Notes: generated by a model not told the origin, from the letters alone. A stretch of DNA of 64,000 nucleotides from Candidatus Nanopelagicales bacterium (GCA_040399625.1 JBBARV010000001.1:269082-333081); one strand, 5' to 3'; positions 27,922-38,586 are shown, numbered from the stretch's first letter. A program made the numbers and translations.

Positions 27922-29073
27922 ATGGTTCACGGTCGAGAGCGCAATGTTGAGGATCTGCACTTAGCAAATCTGACTAAGAAGTTCGGCGAGGTCGCCGCCG
28001 TTGACGACCTCACGCTGACCATTCCGGCGGGTTCGTTCTTCGCGCTTTTGGGCGCTTCGGGGTGCGGTAAGACGACGACACTGCGCATGGTGGCAGGGCT
28101 AGAGGATCCAACGTCGGGGCGGATCTCAATCGGCGAAAACGACGTAACGTCACTACGGGCATTTCAACGACCGGTTAACACGGTATTCCAGTCATACGCC
28201 CTCTTCCCGCATCTCGATATCTTTGAAAATGTTGCCTTCGGATTACGTCGTCGTGGTGTCAAAAATGTTGAGCCTGCTGTGAACGCCATGTTGGAACTTG
28301 TTGAGCTCGCGCCCATGGCGCGGCGCAAACCAACCCAACTTTCCGGTGGACAACAACAGCGCGTTGCGGTTGCCCGAGCACTCATCAATGAACCAGATGT
28401 TCTCCTGCTCGACGAACCTTTGGGCGCACTGGATCTCAAGTTGCGCCGACAGATGCAGATTGAATTGAAGCGGATCCAATCTGAAGTGGGCACAACATTT
28501 GTGCATGTGACCCACGACCAGGAAGAAGCCATGACAATGGCCGACACGATTGCTGTCATGAACGCAGGTCGGATTGAGCAATTGGGTGACCCGGCTTCGA
28601 TTTATGAATTGCCGAAGACTGTGTTCGTAGCGAATTTCTTGGGACAGTCCAATTTATTTGCAGGTACTCGCATTTCAAATGATTCGGTCATGATTGAAGT
28701 GATGGCTAATGGAATCAAGTTCATGGTTCCAGCGGAACGCAACTCGGCAACGGGTGATGAAATCATTGTGGGCATTCGCCCAGAAAAAATGACCGTCCTT
28801 GATCTGCATGATCGTGAGAAAATCCCAGTGGGCAACAACTTCCTTGAGGGCACGGTTGTCGACGTTTCCTACGCGGGTGTGTCGACCCAGTATTTGATCA
28901 GGCTTCCTTGGGCTCAAAGCATCACGGTGTTCGAGCAGAATGTGATTGTTGGAGACCGGTCTAGCGTGGGCGATCCGGTGTTGGTGCACTGGGCAGCCGA
29001 GCACACTTTTGGGCTTGCCGGTGGCGAAACCCTCCTGGCAACCACGGCGCAAGCGATGGCAGCAGGGGCCTGA
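27922..29073 (+). CDS. potA: Polyamine ABC transporter ATP-binding protein (PotA-like)
   Basis: Walker A GASGCGKTT, LSGGQQQRVAVARAL, LLLDEPLGALD and a C-terminal TOBE-like domain. ATG 27922 is preferred over the tracked TTG 27898. Confidence 0.88.
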   Translation: MVHGRERNVEDLHLANLTKKFGEVAAVDDLTLTIPAGSFFALLGASGCGKTTTLRMVAGLEDPTSGRISIGENDVTSLRAFQRPVNTVFQSYALFPHLDIFENVAFGLRRRGVKNVEPAVNAMLELVELAPMARRKPTQLSGGQQQRVAVARALINEPDVLLLDEPLGALDLKLRRQMQIELKRIQSEVGTTFVHVTHDQEEAMTMADTIAVMNAGRIEQLGDPASIYELPKTVFVANFLGQSNLFAGTRISNDSVMIEVMANGIKFMVPAERNSATGDEIIVGIRPEKMTVLDLHDREKIPVGNNFLEGTVVDVSYAGVSTQYLIRLPWAQSITVFEQNVIVGDRSSVGDPVLVHWAAEHTFGLAGGETLLATTAQAMAAGA

Positions 29074-29075
29074 AA

Positions 29076-29963
29076 GTGGTCGCGGTCCTCCCGTCAACAA
29101 AAGCCACCGGTGTGGTTGCCCAAAAAAAGTCTCGAACCGGTTATTTCCTCTTACTGCCCGGAATGACCTGGTTGGCCATTTTTTTTGCCATTCCATTCGT
29201 GACTTTGTTCCTGACCAGTTTGCAGGCCCCGGTTGCGGGACAATCAGGACAGTACGTCCCGGCTTTTCAAATAAGTAATTACTCTGATGCTTTGTTGGAG
29301 TACTGGCCGCAGTTCCTTCGTTCATTTGTTTATGCTGGAATTGCCACGGGGTTCGCCCTGATCATTGCTTACCCCTTGGCCTATTTCATTGCATTCAAGG
29401 CCGGTCGGTGGCGCGCACTCATGTTGGTTCTTGTTATTGCGCCATCATTTGCATCTTTCTTGTTGCGAACCTATGCCTGGAAAACGATCCTCGCCGACGA
29501 AGGCTTCATCACATCATTTTTTAATTTCTTACATTTGTTGCCCGATGATCGAATTCTCAATACAGGATTTGCGGTTATCGCTGGACTGACCTACAACTTT
29601 TTACCATTTATGATTTTGCCTCTCTACGCGGCTCTTGAGAAAATTGATCCACGCTTAATGGAAGCTTCCCATGACCTCTATGCCTCAGCATTCACAACAT
29701 TCCGAAAGGTCACCTGGCCGCTTTCACTGCCGGGAGTAGTTGCCGGAACTTTACTGACTTTTATTCCAGCAACGGGTGACTACATCAACTCCGAGTTATT
29801 GGGTTCGACCCAAAACCGCATGATAGGTAACGTGATTCAAACCAACTTCATTGAGTTCCGCGATTACCCGACGGCAAGTGCGCTGTCATTTGCGCTGATG
29901 GCAGCGATTTTGGTGCTGGTATTCACTTACATTCGTCGAGCTGGAACGGAGGATTTGGTCTGA
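29076..29963 (+). CDS. Polyamine ABC transporter permease (PotB-like)
   Basis: Six-TM permease with the EAA loop LMEASHDLYASAFTTFRKVTWPLSLPG. Confidence 0.85.
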   Translation: MVAVLPSTKATGVVAQKKSRTGYFLLLPGMTWLAIFFAIPFVTLFLTSLQAPVAGQSGQYVPAFQISNYSDALLEYWPQFLRSFVYAGIATGFALIIAYPLAYFIAFKAGRWRALMLVLVIAPSFASFLLRTYAWKTILADEGFITSFFNFLHLLPDDRILNTGFAVIAGLTYNFLPFMILPLYAALEKIDPRLMEASHDLYASAFTTFRKVTWPLSLPGVVAGTLLTFIPATGDYINSELLGSTQNRMIGNVIQTNFIEFRDYPTASALSFALMAAILVLVFTYIRRAGTEDLV

Positions 29964-30805
29964 TGCGCTGGATTCGTCGTCATCTACTCGGAGCGGTAGC
30001 AGTCCTGGTTTTGGTTTATCTGTTCATTCCCATCGCGGTCGTGGCCGTATTGAGTTTTAACAAGCCTGTGGGCAAGTACAACACCAGTTGGAATACCTTT
30101 TCCTTGGATGGTTGGACAAATATTTGTGGTGTGCCGGGGGTTTGTGATTCGTTCATGATTAGCATTCGCATTGGCATAATCTCAACCCTGATCGCAACGG
30201 TGTTGGGAACCATGATTGCGTTTTCCCTCGTTCGGTACCGATTCCGCGGGCGTGCATCAACTAATCTCCTCATTTTTCTCCCCATGACCACACCAGAAGT
30301 AGTCATGGGAGCGAGTCTTCTGGCTTTATTCCTGAATTTGCGCTTCCCACTGGGTGAACTCACGATCATCATTGCGCACATCATGTTCACAATTTCATTC
30401 GTTGTGGTGACGGTGAAGGCTCGTTTGCAAGGCATGGACCCACGACTCGAGGAAGCAGCACGCGATCTCTACGCCGGACCTCGTGCTGCATTTCGTTATG
30501 TCACCCTCCCGCTCGTGGCTCCCGGAATTGCGGGAGCAGCGCTCCTGGGCTTTTCACTCTCATTTGACGATTTCATTATCAGTTTCTTCAATGCTGGAAC
30601 CGTTGTGACATTCCCGATTTACATCTGGGGGGCCGCTCAACGAGGAATCCCCGTCCAGGTCAATGCCCTAGCGACTCTAGTCTTTGTGATCGCTTTGTTG
30701 ATAGTTCTGCTTAGCCAGTTTGTAGCCAGTCGCAGGCGCAAGGCACTCGAAAATGGCACTATGCAAAATACGATAAATATTGACGCACTTCTTCCGAAGA
30801 GTTAA
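29963..30805 (+). CDS. Polyamine ABC transporter permease (PotC-like)
   Basis: Six-TM permease with the EAA loop LEEAARDLYAGPRAAFRYVTLPLVAPG. The ATG overlaps the upstream stop. Confidence 0.85.
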   Translation: MRWIRRHLLGAVAVLVLVYLFIPIAVVAVLSFNKPVGKYNTSWNTFSLDGWTNICGVPGVCDSFMISIRIGIISTLIATVLGTMIAFSLVRYRFRGRASTNLLIFLPMTTPEVVMGASLLALFLNLRFPLGELTIIIAHIMFTISFVVVTVKARLQGMDPRLEEAARDLYAGPRAAFRYVTLPLVAPGIAGAALLGFSLSFDDFIISFFNAGTVVTFPIYIWGAAQRGIPVQVNALATLVFVIALLIVLLSQFVASRRRKALENGTMQNTINIDALLPKS

Positions 30806-30899
30806 CCTAAAACGTATATCGATGAGTTGTGAGGGGATTGGTGGGAAAGTCAGGCGCTCGGTCTGGCTCATTACGTTAACTTCGACGTAAGGATCCCAC

Positions 30900-32312
30900 G
30901 TGTTTACTGCTACACCTTCACAAAATAGTTACGAAAAAACCAAGTCCCTCCGGCCGGAAAGTTTTTGGCTGGACAACGCACAGCGGCCGGCTGCCAAACC
31001 GCCGGTCAATTGCAATTTCGAAGCCGACCTTGTCGTCGTTGGAGGCGGTTTCACCGGTCTTTGGTCGGCCCTGGAGGCCGCGATAGAGCACCCAAACTGG
31101 AAGATCGTAATTCTGGAAAGTGACCGTATTGCGTGCGGAGCTACCGGCAGAAATGGTGGTTTTGTTGCTGCTTCGCTCACACACGGTTTCAGTAACGGAT
31201 TTTCACGTTGGCGAAGTGAAATGCCGGTCCTACTGCGCTTGGGGTCGGAGAATCTTTCGGAAATCACCGGTCGAATAAAGCAATTTAACATTGAGTGCGA
31301 TTGGCTTGTGGCCGGTGAGCTTGACGTCGCAACGGAAGACTATCAAGTCCAAGACCTGAAACAGGTTCATACAGAGATGAACGAATTGGGCATGGCATCT
31401 CATTACTTAACTTTGGATGAGATACGAGCCAAAATTAATTCACCGCTTTACCAGGCTGCACTATTTGACCCCGAGGTCGCAATCGTAGATCCAGCACGGC
31501 TGGCCTGGGGACTAGCCCGGGAGCTCGAACGAATGGGTGTGGAAATTTTTGAAAACTCCGAAGTGGGTGAGCTGCAGGACTTGGGAAATTTTGTTCGGAT
31601 CAGGGTGGGTGGCCATAGCGTTAGCGGGCGCTTGGTTGTACTAGCCACGAATGCTTATCCGCCCTTACTGAAAAGGCTTAAGCACCTGATCGTCCCTGTT
31701 TACGACTACGTTTTGGTGACCGAACCACTCAGCATTGAACAGCGGAAGTCAATTGGCTGGCTCAATCGCGAGGGTGTGGGTGATAGCGGTAACCAATTTC
31801 ATTACTACCGAATCACCGAAGATGGGCGTATTTTATTTGGGGGATACGACGCGCTCTACCATGGCAAGCGCGGTGTCAAGCCCGAGTTTGACACAGACCA
31901 TGACTCTTTCGCTCGACTCGCTGACCACTTTGGGCAAACATTTCCTCAGCTCGCCGATGTCAATTTCACTCATGGTTGGGGAGGAGCGATTGATACCTGC
32001 TCACGATTCAGCGCTTTCTGGGGCAAAGCCCATAGGGGAAAGACCGTCTACGTTGCTGGATTTACAGGACTGGGAGTGGGAGCATCACGCTTTGCCGCAC
32101 TGACGTCCCTAGATCTTTTGCAGGGGCTTGAAACGCATCGAACTCAATTACGCATGGTCAAGACAAAACCGCTGCCATTCCCACCAGAACCATTTCGTAG
32201 TTGGGTAATTACGTGGACCACCAGGTCTTTGCGGAAGGCCGATCGAGAAAATGGCAAACGCAATCTGTGGTTGCGTTTGCTTGACTCACTCGGCCTTGGT
32301 TTCGATTCCTGA
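30900..32312 (+). CDS. FAD-dependent oxidoreductase (DAO family, PuuB/PauB-like), paralog of 12221-13585
   Basis: ADLVVVGGGFTGLWSA and GATGRNGG. Same domain order and C-terminal ...PPEPFRSW... tail as the other copy. GTG start. Confidence 0.75.
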   Translation: MFTATPSQNSYEKTKSLRPESFWLDNAQRPAAKPPVNCNFEADLVVVGGGFTGLWSALEAAIEHPNWKIVILESDRIACGATGRNGGFVAASLTHGFSNGFSRWRSEMPVLLRLGSENLSEITGRIKQFNIECDWLVAGELDVATEDYQVQDLKQVHTEMNELGMASHYLTLDEIRAKINSPLYQAALFDPEVAIVDPARLAWGLARELERMGVEIFENSEVGELQDLGNFVRIRVGGHSVSGRLVVLATNAYPPLLKRLKHLIVPVYDYVLVTEPLSIEQRKSIGWLNREGVGDSGNQFHYYRITEDGRILFGGYDALYHGKRGVKPEFDTDHDSFARLADHFGQTFPQLADVNFTHGWGGAIDTCSRFSAFWGKAHRGKTVYVAGFTGLGVGASRFAALTSLDLLQGLETHRTQLRMVKTKPLPFPPEPFRSWVITWTTRSLRKADRENGKRNLWLRLLDSLGLGFDS

Positions 32313-32327
32313 GGATAGGGTGAGGAC

Positions 32328-33353
32328 ATGGCGAGATACGGCAGTCAGTTTGGTCCCAATTACACTTTTTTAGGCGTACCCGAATGCGACCTCAATGAGA
32401 TTTCCAGTTTTTCCGACGCCGATGTCGTGATAGTTGGTGCACCCTTTGATGGTGGCACGTCCTATCGAGCGGGTGCGCGTTTTGGTCCGCAGGCGTTGCG
32501 GGCAGCCTGCTATTTGGAACACGACGGCAGTAGGCCATCACTTGCAATGCGGGTTGACGGCTTGAAGGATTTGAAAGTCGTTGATGCCGGTGACGTCGAG
32601 TTGTACAGCGGTGACGCGGCTCGTTCCTGTGCTGACCTTGAAGTTGAAATTGAGAAGATTGCACGCACCGGAGCAATTCCGATTGTGCTTGGTGGAGATC
32701 ACACGATCACTTGGCCCGACGCAACGGGTGTTGCACGTGCGCATGGCTGGGGAAGGATTGGAGTGATTCACTTCGATGCTCACGCCGACACCGGTGATAT
32801 CTCATTTGGTTCCTTAATTGGGCACGGTCAACCAATGCGGAGGCTGATTGAATCGGGTGCTGTTCGTGGCGATCGATTCATGCAAATTGGATTACGAGGC
32901 TATTGGCCCGAACCGGAGACTCTCCGCTGGATGGCCGAGCAAGGAATGCGCTCCTATGAGATGACCGAAATAGTTTCTCGAGGCCTCAATGAGTGCCTGA
33001 CACAGGCCTGCGGAATCGCAATGGATGACTGTGATGGAATTTTTCTCAGTGTCGACATTGATGTGTGCGACCCAGGCCATGCTCCAGGGACCGGAACGCC
33101 CGAACCGGGTGGTCTCAGTGCGCGTGAATTACTCGACGCGGTTCGCAGAATTTGTTATGAACTTCCTGTCGTCGGTATGGATATTGTTGAAGTGTCTCCG
33201 CCATTTGACCATGCCGACATAACGGCACTTTTGGGTAATCGGGTTGTGCTGGAAGCTCTCGGTGCAATTGCTCGGCGCCGACAGGATAAATTAGATGGAA
33301 CAACATGGGATCCTGCGCAGCCGTTGCTTGATGGACGGATTCCGGGGGAGTAA
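32328..33353 (+). CDS. speB: Agmatinase-family ureohydrolase (agmatinase / guanidino-acid hydrolase)
   Basis: Binuclear-Mn ligand motifs GGDHTITWP, HFDAHADTGD and SVDIDVCDPGHAPGTGTPEPGG. Substrate specificity cannot be decided from sequence by eye. Confidence 0.75.
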   Translation: MARYGSQFGPNYTFLGVPECDLNEISSFSDADVVIVGAPFDGGTSYRAGARFGPQALRAACYLEHDGSRPSLAMRVDGLKDLKVVDAGDVELYSGDAARSCADLEVEIEKIARTGAIPIVLGGDHTITWPDATGVARAHGWGRIGVIHFDAHADTGDISFGSLIGHGQPMRRLIESGAVRGDRFMQIGLRGYWPEPETLRWMAEQGMRSYEMTEIVSRGLNECLTQACGIAMDDCDGIFLSVDIDVCDPGHAPGTGTPEPGGLSARELLDAVRRICYELPVVGMDIVEVSPPFDHADITALLGNRVVLEALGAIARRRQDKLDGTTWDPAQPLLDGRIPGE

Positions 33354-33367
33354 GTCAACGTTTCCGG

Positions 33368-34717
33368 TTAGGCCGTTGCTTCGAATGCTGCTTCAAGAAT
33401 TCCAAGTGCTTCTTCGAGTAGCGGGATTGGGATAGTTAGTGGGGGTAGAAATCTAAATACGTTTCCATAGGTACCCGCTGTCAGTGTGACTACTCCGTGT
33501 TGGTGACAGAACTTGTTAAGTGCAGCGGTTCTGGCTGCATCGGGTTCCTTTGTCCCGGGCTTAACGAGCTCGATTGCAAGCATCGCGCCTCGCCCGCGAA
33601 TATCACCGATCGTGGGATGGTTAATTTGCATTGCGGCTAGTCGTGGCAACATGATTGCTTCAATGTCTTTTGCGATTTGACGGGCATCGTTGTCTTGCAT
33701 CCAGGCCATGGACCCAAGGGCTGCCGCGCAGGCGACCGGATTACCGCCATAGGTTCCACCCAGCCCACCTGCGTGAACCGAGTCCATAATTTCGGCGCGG
33801 CCAGTAACCGCGGCAAGTGGCATCCCGCCAGCAATGCCCTTAGCCGTGGTGATCAAGTCGGGAACAACTCCTTCGAATTCGCTCGCAAACCAATCACCGG
33901 TGCGAGCGAATCCAGATTGGATCTCGTCTGCAACAAAAACGATTCCATTTGCCTGCGCGTAATCAGCTAGGCCTTTGAAATAACCGGGTGCCGGAACAAT
34001 AAAGCCACCTTCACCCAAGATTGGTTCAACCACAATTGCGGCGATATTTGTCGCGCCAATTTCTTTTTCCATGCGCGAGATCGCCCACGCGGCAACTTCA
34101 GGACCACCGTGGGGACCATCGTGGAAAGGATAGGAGACGGGAACCCGATAAATCTCAGGAGCGAATGGACCAAATGAGTGTTTATACGGCATGTTTTTTG
34201 CGGTCATACCCATTGTGAGATTGGTGCGACCGTGATACCCGTGTTCAACAACAACAACAGCCTGGCGACCCGTGTAAGCGCGAGCAATTTTGACCGCATT
34301 TTCGACCGCTTCGGCTCCAGAGTTGAACAGTGCACTGCGCTTTTCGTGATCTCCCGGAGTGAGCCGGTTGAGGACCTCACACACTTCGACGTAACCTTCG
34401 TAGGGGGTGACCATGAAACAGGTGTGTGTGAAGTTGGCAACCTGTGCTGCGACTCGACTCGCAACTTCGGGGTTTGCATTCCCGACAGTGGTCACCGCAA
34501 TACCTGAACCCATATCAATGAGGGAGTTACCGTCTGCGTCAATAAGAATTCCACCGCCGGCTTTGGTAATGAAGACCGGGAGGCCGATGCCCACACCTGC
34601 TGAGACCGCGTGCTCTTTCCGTGCCAAAAGCGCTAGAGAGCGGGGACCGGGTAATTCAGTGATCAAATTGCGTTCCTGAACAACTCCATTGATCACTCGT
34701 TCGGTAGCAATAGTCAT
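33368..34717 (-). CDS. gabT: 4-aminobutyrate--2-oxoglutarate transaminase
   Basis: Class-III aminotransferase with GabT-type blocks: GSGIAVTTVGN, FNSGAEAVENAVKIAR, GYHGRT, EPILGEGGF, VADEIQSGFARTG, TTAKGIAGGMPL. Confidence 0.85.
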   Translation of the reverse strand: MTIATERVINGVVQERNLITELPGPRSLALLARKEHAVSAGVGIGLPVFITKAGGGILIDADGNSLIDMGSGIAVTTVGNANPEVASRVAAQVANFTHTCFMVTPYEGYVEVCEVLNRLTPGDHEKRSALFNSGAEAVENAVKIARAYTGRQAVVVVEHGYHGRTNLTMGMTAKNMPYKHSFGPFAPEIYRVPVSYPFHDGPHGGPEVAAWAISRMEKEIGATNIAAIVVEPILGEGGFIVPAPGYFKGLADYAQANGIVFVADEIQSGFARTGDWFASEFEGVVPDLITTAKGIAGGMPLAAVTGRAEIMDSVHAGGLGGTYGGNPVACAAALGSMAWMQDNDARQIAKDIEAIMLPRLAAMQINHPTIGDIRGRGAMLAIELVKPGTKEPDAARTAALNKFCHQHGVVTLTAGTYGNVFRFLPPLTIPIPLLEEALGILEAAFEATA

Positions 34718-34812
34718 TGATTATCCCTTGATCGGCGGTTGTCATTAGCGTCGAACACCAGCATAAGGGTGAATCTGCGTTCATGGGATTGCTGACCTCC
34801 TAAACTATTGCT

Positions 34813-36054
34813 GTGAGCCAGCTCCGTACCGATCCAATTCGTGTAGTGATTCTTGGGAGCACCGGTTCGATTGGGGTGCAGGCGTTAGAGATCATTGCCC
34901 GCAACCCAGATCGGTTCACGGTTGTCGGATTGTGTGCAACAGGCGCCAACGCTCAAGCCTTAGCCCGGGCTGCCCTGGAATTTGACGTCGAAGTTATTGG
35001 TGTGACGCTTGGCACTTGCGCCCAAGACGTGCAGATGCATTTATTTGCCGGTGCTCAAGATCGTGGATTTTCTCAAGGGGAGCATCGACTTCCTGAACTG
35101 GTCATCGGTCCCGAGGCCCCCGAGCAGTTGGCTCGAATGGATGCCGACATTGTTCTCAATGCAATTGCCGGCGCCGCGGGACTTAAAGCCACGCTGGCAA
35201 CCCTCACGGCAGGTACCAAGCTGGCACTTGCGAATAAAGAGTCCCTCATCATTGGTGGGGATCTGGTGAAAAACATATCCCTTCCCGGACAGATAATTCC
35301 GATTGACTCCGAGCATTCGGCGATCGCGCAGTGCTTGCTCGCAGGCAAGAAATCCGAAGTGCGAAAACTAATAATTACGGCCAGCGGTGGCCCATTTCGC
35401 GGCAGAAGTGCATCAGAGCTGGAGCAGGTCAGTGTTGCTGAAGCACTTGCCCACCCGACCTGGAAAATGGGTCCACTCGTCACTATTAATTCGGCGACGT
35501 TGGTGAATAAAGGTCTGGAAGTAATCGAGGCGCATCTGTTATTTGATATTGACTTCAACGATATTGAAGTCACCGTTCACCCACAGTCAGTGGTCCATTC
35601 GATGGTGGAGTTTGTGGACGGCTCAACGATCGCACAGGCAAGTCCACCGGATATGCGAATCCCGATTGCCTGGGGTTTGTCTGCGGGTCGAGAGTTTTTC
35701 CGAGTGCCCGATGCAGCCCCCGCCTGTGATTGGAAGAGAGCTGCAACTTGGGAGTTCATGCCGTTAGACGAAGTGGTTTTCCCCGCGGTTGGACTTGCCA
35801 GGGTTGCCGGGGAGGCTGGCGGTACCGCATCGGCGGTTTTCAATGCAGCAAATGAGAGCGCGGTTGCCGCATTTTTAGCTGGGGAGATCTCGTTCACGTC
35901 AATTGTCGCGCATATTGAACGGGTCTTGCAGTCACATTTGGCCGGGTCAAGCGATGAGCGACCGGGAAGCTCCTACGTGTCGGGGAACGCACTTACACTG
36001 GAAGACGTCTTAGTCGCCGATAGTTGGGCGCGCGGGCAACGTTTGCGCAATTGA
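34813..36054 (+). CDS. dxr: 1-deoxy-D-xylulose-5-phosphate reductoisomerase
   Basis: NADPH motif [13 protein letters not shown], then LANKESL, DSEHSA, ASGGPFR and NKGLEVIEA. Confidence 0.92.
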   Translation: MSQLRTDPIRVVILGSTGSIGVQALEIIARNPDRFTVVGLCATGANAQALARAALEFDVEVIGVTLGTCAQDVQMHLFAGAQDRGFSQGEHRLPELVIGPEAPEQLARMDADIVLNAIAGAAGLKATLATLTAGTKLALANKESLIIGGDLVKNISLPGQIIPIDSEHSAIAQCLLAGKKSEVRKLIITASGGPFRGRSASELEQVSVAEALAHPTWKMGPLVTINSATLVNKGLEVIEAHLLFDIDFNDIEVTVHPQSVVHSMVEFVDGSTIAQASPPDMRIPIAWGLSAGREFFRVPDAAPACDWKRAATWEFMPLDEVVFPAVGLARVAGEAGGTASAVFNAANESAVAAFLAGEISFTSIVAHIERVLQSHLAGSSDERPGSSYVSGNALTLEDVLVADSWARGQRLRN

Positions 36055-36070
36055 TGTTGAGTGAAAGGGT

Positions 36071-37399
36071 GTGAACATGCTGCAAGTCGTGGGAATTGTC
36101 CTCTTCGCGTTACTCATTGGCCTTTCAATTGCACTTCATGAAGTCGGTCACCTCGTTCCCGCGAAAAAGTTCGGGCTGCGGGTCCCGGACTACATGGTGG
36201 GATTTGGTCCCACAATTTGGTCGAAAGTGCGTGGCGAGACACGCTACGGGATTAAAGCAATTCCGTTAGGCGGCTATATCAGGATGGTTGGGATGCTCCC
36301 GCCCGCCAAAAACGATCCCGAAGGTCGATCCCGCTCCATGTCAACCGGCCGATTTGCAATGTTGGTTGCCCAAGCGAGGGAAGCCTCATTCGATGAAATT
36401 CTCCCGGGTGATGAGAATCGTCTGTTTTATAAACTGCCGGTGCACAAACGAGTGATCATCATGCTCGGTGGTCCGGTCATGAATCTTTTCCTCGCATTTT
36501 TTTTATTCACGATCGTCTTGGTGGGAATTGGACTGCCGCAACCCTCCCTCACCGTGGCTGCTGTTGTGCCATGTACGCCGTCGGTCAGCCAACCTACGGG
36601 TGATTCATTGCCCTCGGGTGATTGCCCGGTGGGCACCGTTTTAACCCCAGCTGCTCAAGCAGGGTTGCAGGCAGGCGATGAAATCATTTCGGTGGGCAAT
36701 CAAAGCGCGACCACGTGGGAGAGCGTTACCGACTGGATATTGGTGAATCCAAATGTTGTGACCACGGTCGTTGTGAATCGCGGTGAGGGGCAAGTGTCCC
36801 TACCGTTGGCGGTCGCTGAAGTAACGCGCCCGGTCTACGATGAAAATGGTCGCGAGACCGGTGAAAGTCAAACGGTGGGATTTTTAGGTTTGCGACCCAC
36901 ATTTGAGTACGAACGTCAATCCATCACATCCGTGCCGGGGTTTATGTGGGACATCACTGTCCGATCTGTCGAAGCTTTGATTTCGCTGCCCGTGCGACTG
37001 TACGAGTTGGTTACCGAAACGTTGATTGGTGGCCAAGAAAGAGCGATCGATGGTCCAGTATCAGTGGTTGGCGCTAGCCGACTTGGAGGTGAGATCGCCA
37101 GTATGGATTCTCCGATCACTTCCAAAGTTGCAACATTTCTTGGGCTAGCGGCATCGTTAAATCTTTTCCTTTTCCTTTTTAATTTGATTCCCGTTCTGCC
37201 ACTCGACGGGGGACACGTTGCCGGGGCTTTATATGAGGGAACTAAGCGATCGTGGGCCAGGTTTAGGGGAAAGCCCGACCCCGGACCGGTTGACACGGCA
37301 CGGTTACTTCCGGTGGCCTACGTGGTCGCAGGTGTGCTTTTGGCCATGGGGGTTATCGTAATTTGGGCAGATTTGGTCAAGCCCATCTCGCTTGGTTAG
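36071..37399 (+). CDS. rseP: M50 family site-2 metalloprotease (RseP/Rip1-like)
   Basis: HEVGHL zinc motif in TM1, a PDZ-like middle region and [13 protein letters not shown] near the C-terminus. An alternative start at ATG 36077 is possible. Confidence 0.85.
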   Translation: MNMLQVVGIVLFALLIGLSIALHEVGHLVPAKKFGLRVPDYMVGFGPTIWSKVRGETRYGIKAIPLGGYIRMVGMLPPAKNDPEGRSRSMSTGRFAMLVAQAREASFDEILPGDENRLFYKLPVHKRVIIMLGGPVMNLFLAFFLFTIVLVGIGLPQPSLTVAAVVPCTPSVSQPTGDSLPSGDCPVGTVLTPAAQAGLQAGDEIISVGNQSATTWESVTDWILVNPNVVTTVVVNRGEGQVSLPLAVAEVTRPVYDENGRETGESQTVGFLGLRPTFEYERQSITSVPGFMWDITVRSVEALISLPVRLYELVTETLIGGQERAIDGPVSVVGASRLGGEIASMDSPITSKVATFLGLAASLNLFLFLFNLIPVLPLDGGHVAGALYEGTKRSWARFRGKPDPGPVDTARLLPVAYVVAGVLLAMGVIVIWADLVKPISLG

Positions 37400-37422
37400 C
37401 CCTTAGGGCTGATAATGGGAGA

Positions 37423-38577
37423 GTGAGCATTGACCTAGGACTTCCCGCATCCCCACCAATGATTGTTGAACCTAGGCGCAAGACCCGGCAGTTGATTCTC
37501 AAACACCACCTGAAGCCACTTGCTGTGGGAGGTGGCGCGCCGGTCAGTGTCCAGTCAATGTGCACGACCCTGACTGCCGATGTTGACAGCACACTTCAGC
37601 AGATTGCTGAATTAACTGCCGCCGGTTGTGAGGCAGTCCGCGTTGCGGTTCCGAGCCAAGACGACGCCGACGCCCTTGCCATCATCGCGAAAAAATCGGG
37701 AATCCCGGTGATCGCTGATATTCATTTCCAACCCAAGTATGTTTTCGCGGCGATTGACGCTGGTTGTGCTGGAGTTCGGGTCAACCCGGGAAACATCAAA
37801 AAATTTGATGACAAGGTTGGTGAGATAGCTAAAGCCGCCCTGGATTCCAAGACACCGATCCGCATCGGTGTGAACGCGGGATCCCTTGATCCACGACTTC
37901 TCGAAAAATACGGCAAGGCAACCCCCGAAGCCCTCGTTGAGTCCGCTTTATGGGAAGCGTCCTTGTTTGAAGAACACGGTTTCGGTGACATCAAAATCTC
38001 AGTGAAACACCACGATCCGGTGATTATGATGAAGGCCTACATGCTGCTTTCAGAACAGTGCGATTACCCACTGCACTTGGGCGTCACCGAGGCAGGGCCC
38101 ACTTTCCAAGGAACGATTAAGTCAGCGGTGGCTTTCGGTGGGCTTCTTTCCCGCGGAATCGGGGACACAATTCGAGTGTCGTTATCGGCTCCACCGGTTG
38201 AGGAAATCAAAGTTGGCATTGGAATTTTGGAGTCGCTGAATCTGCGGCAACGCGGGTTGGAAATTGTTTCTTGTCCTTCATGTGGCAGGGCTCAAGTCGA
38301 TGTGTACACCCTCGCTGAGCAGGTGGCCGCAGGCCTTGAAGGCCTGGACGTTCCACTTCGGGTTGCAGTAATGGGTTGCGTTGTCAATGGACCGGGTGAA
38401 GCGCGTGAGGCCGACCTCGGTGTGGCTTCGGGCAATGGCAAAGGACAAATTTTTGTTAGAGGTGAAGTGATCAAAACCGTCCCCGAAGCGCAGATTGTAG
38501 AAACCTTGATCGAAGAAGCAATGAAATTAGCTGAATCAATGGACACCAAAGGTGAACCATCGGTCGTTACGGTGTAG
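37423..38577 (+). CDS. ispG: 4-hydroxy-3-methylbut-2-en-1-yl diphosphate synthase
   Basis: RRKTRQL...[21 protein letters not shown] and [10 protein letters not shown]. The start was set at GTG 37423, after the rseP stop, and is uncertain by a few codons. Confidence 0.9.
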   Translation: MSIDLGLPASPPMIVEPRRKTRQLILKHHLKPLAVGGGAPVSVQSMCTTLTADVDSTLQQIAELTAAGCEAVRVAVPSQDDADALAIIAKKSGIPVIADIHFQPKYVFAAIDAGCAGVRVNPGNIKKFDDKVGEIAKAALDSKTPIRIGVNAGSLDPRLLEKYGKATPEALVESALWEASLFEEHGFGDIKISVKHHDPVIMMKAYMLLSEQCDYPLHLGVTEAGPTFQGTIKSAVAFGGLLSRGIGDTIRVSLSAPPVEEIKVGIGILESLNLRQRGLEIVSCPSCGRAQVDVYTLAEQVAAGLEGLDVPLRVAVMGCVVNGPGEAREADLGVASGNGKGQIFVRGEVIKTVPEAQIVETLIEEAMKLAESMDTKGEPSVVTV

Positions 38578-38586
38578 TGAATTTTT

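Noticed and set aside
28675-29325. 216-aa minus-strand ORF across the potA/potB junction
   Set aside because: It is antisense to two ABC transporter genes that have canonical motifs. No motif or RBS was found, and it is treated as a shadow ORF. The same reasoning applies to 16724-17314, 39061-39570, 53318-53905, 62758-63288, 35073-35573 and 5513-5989.
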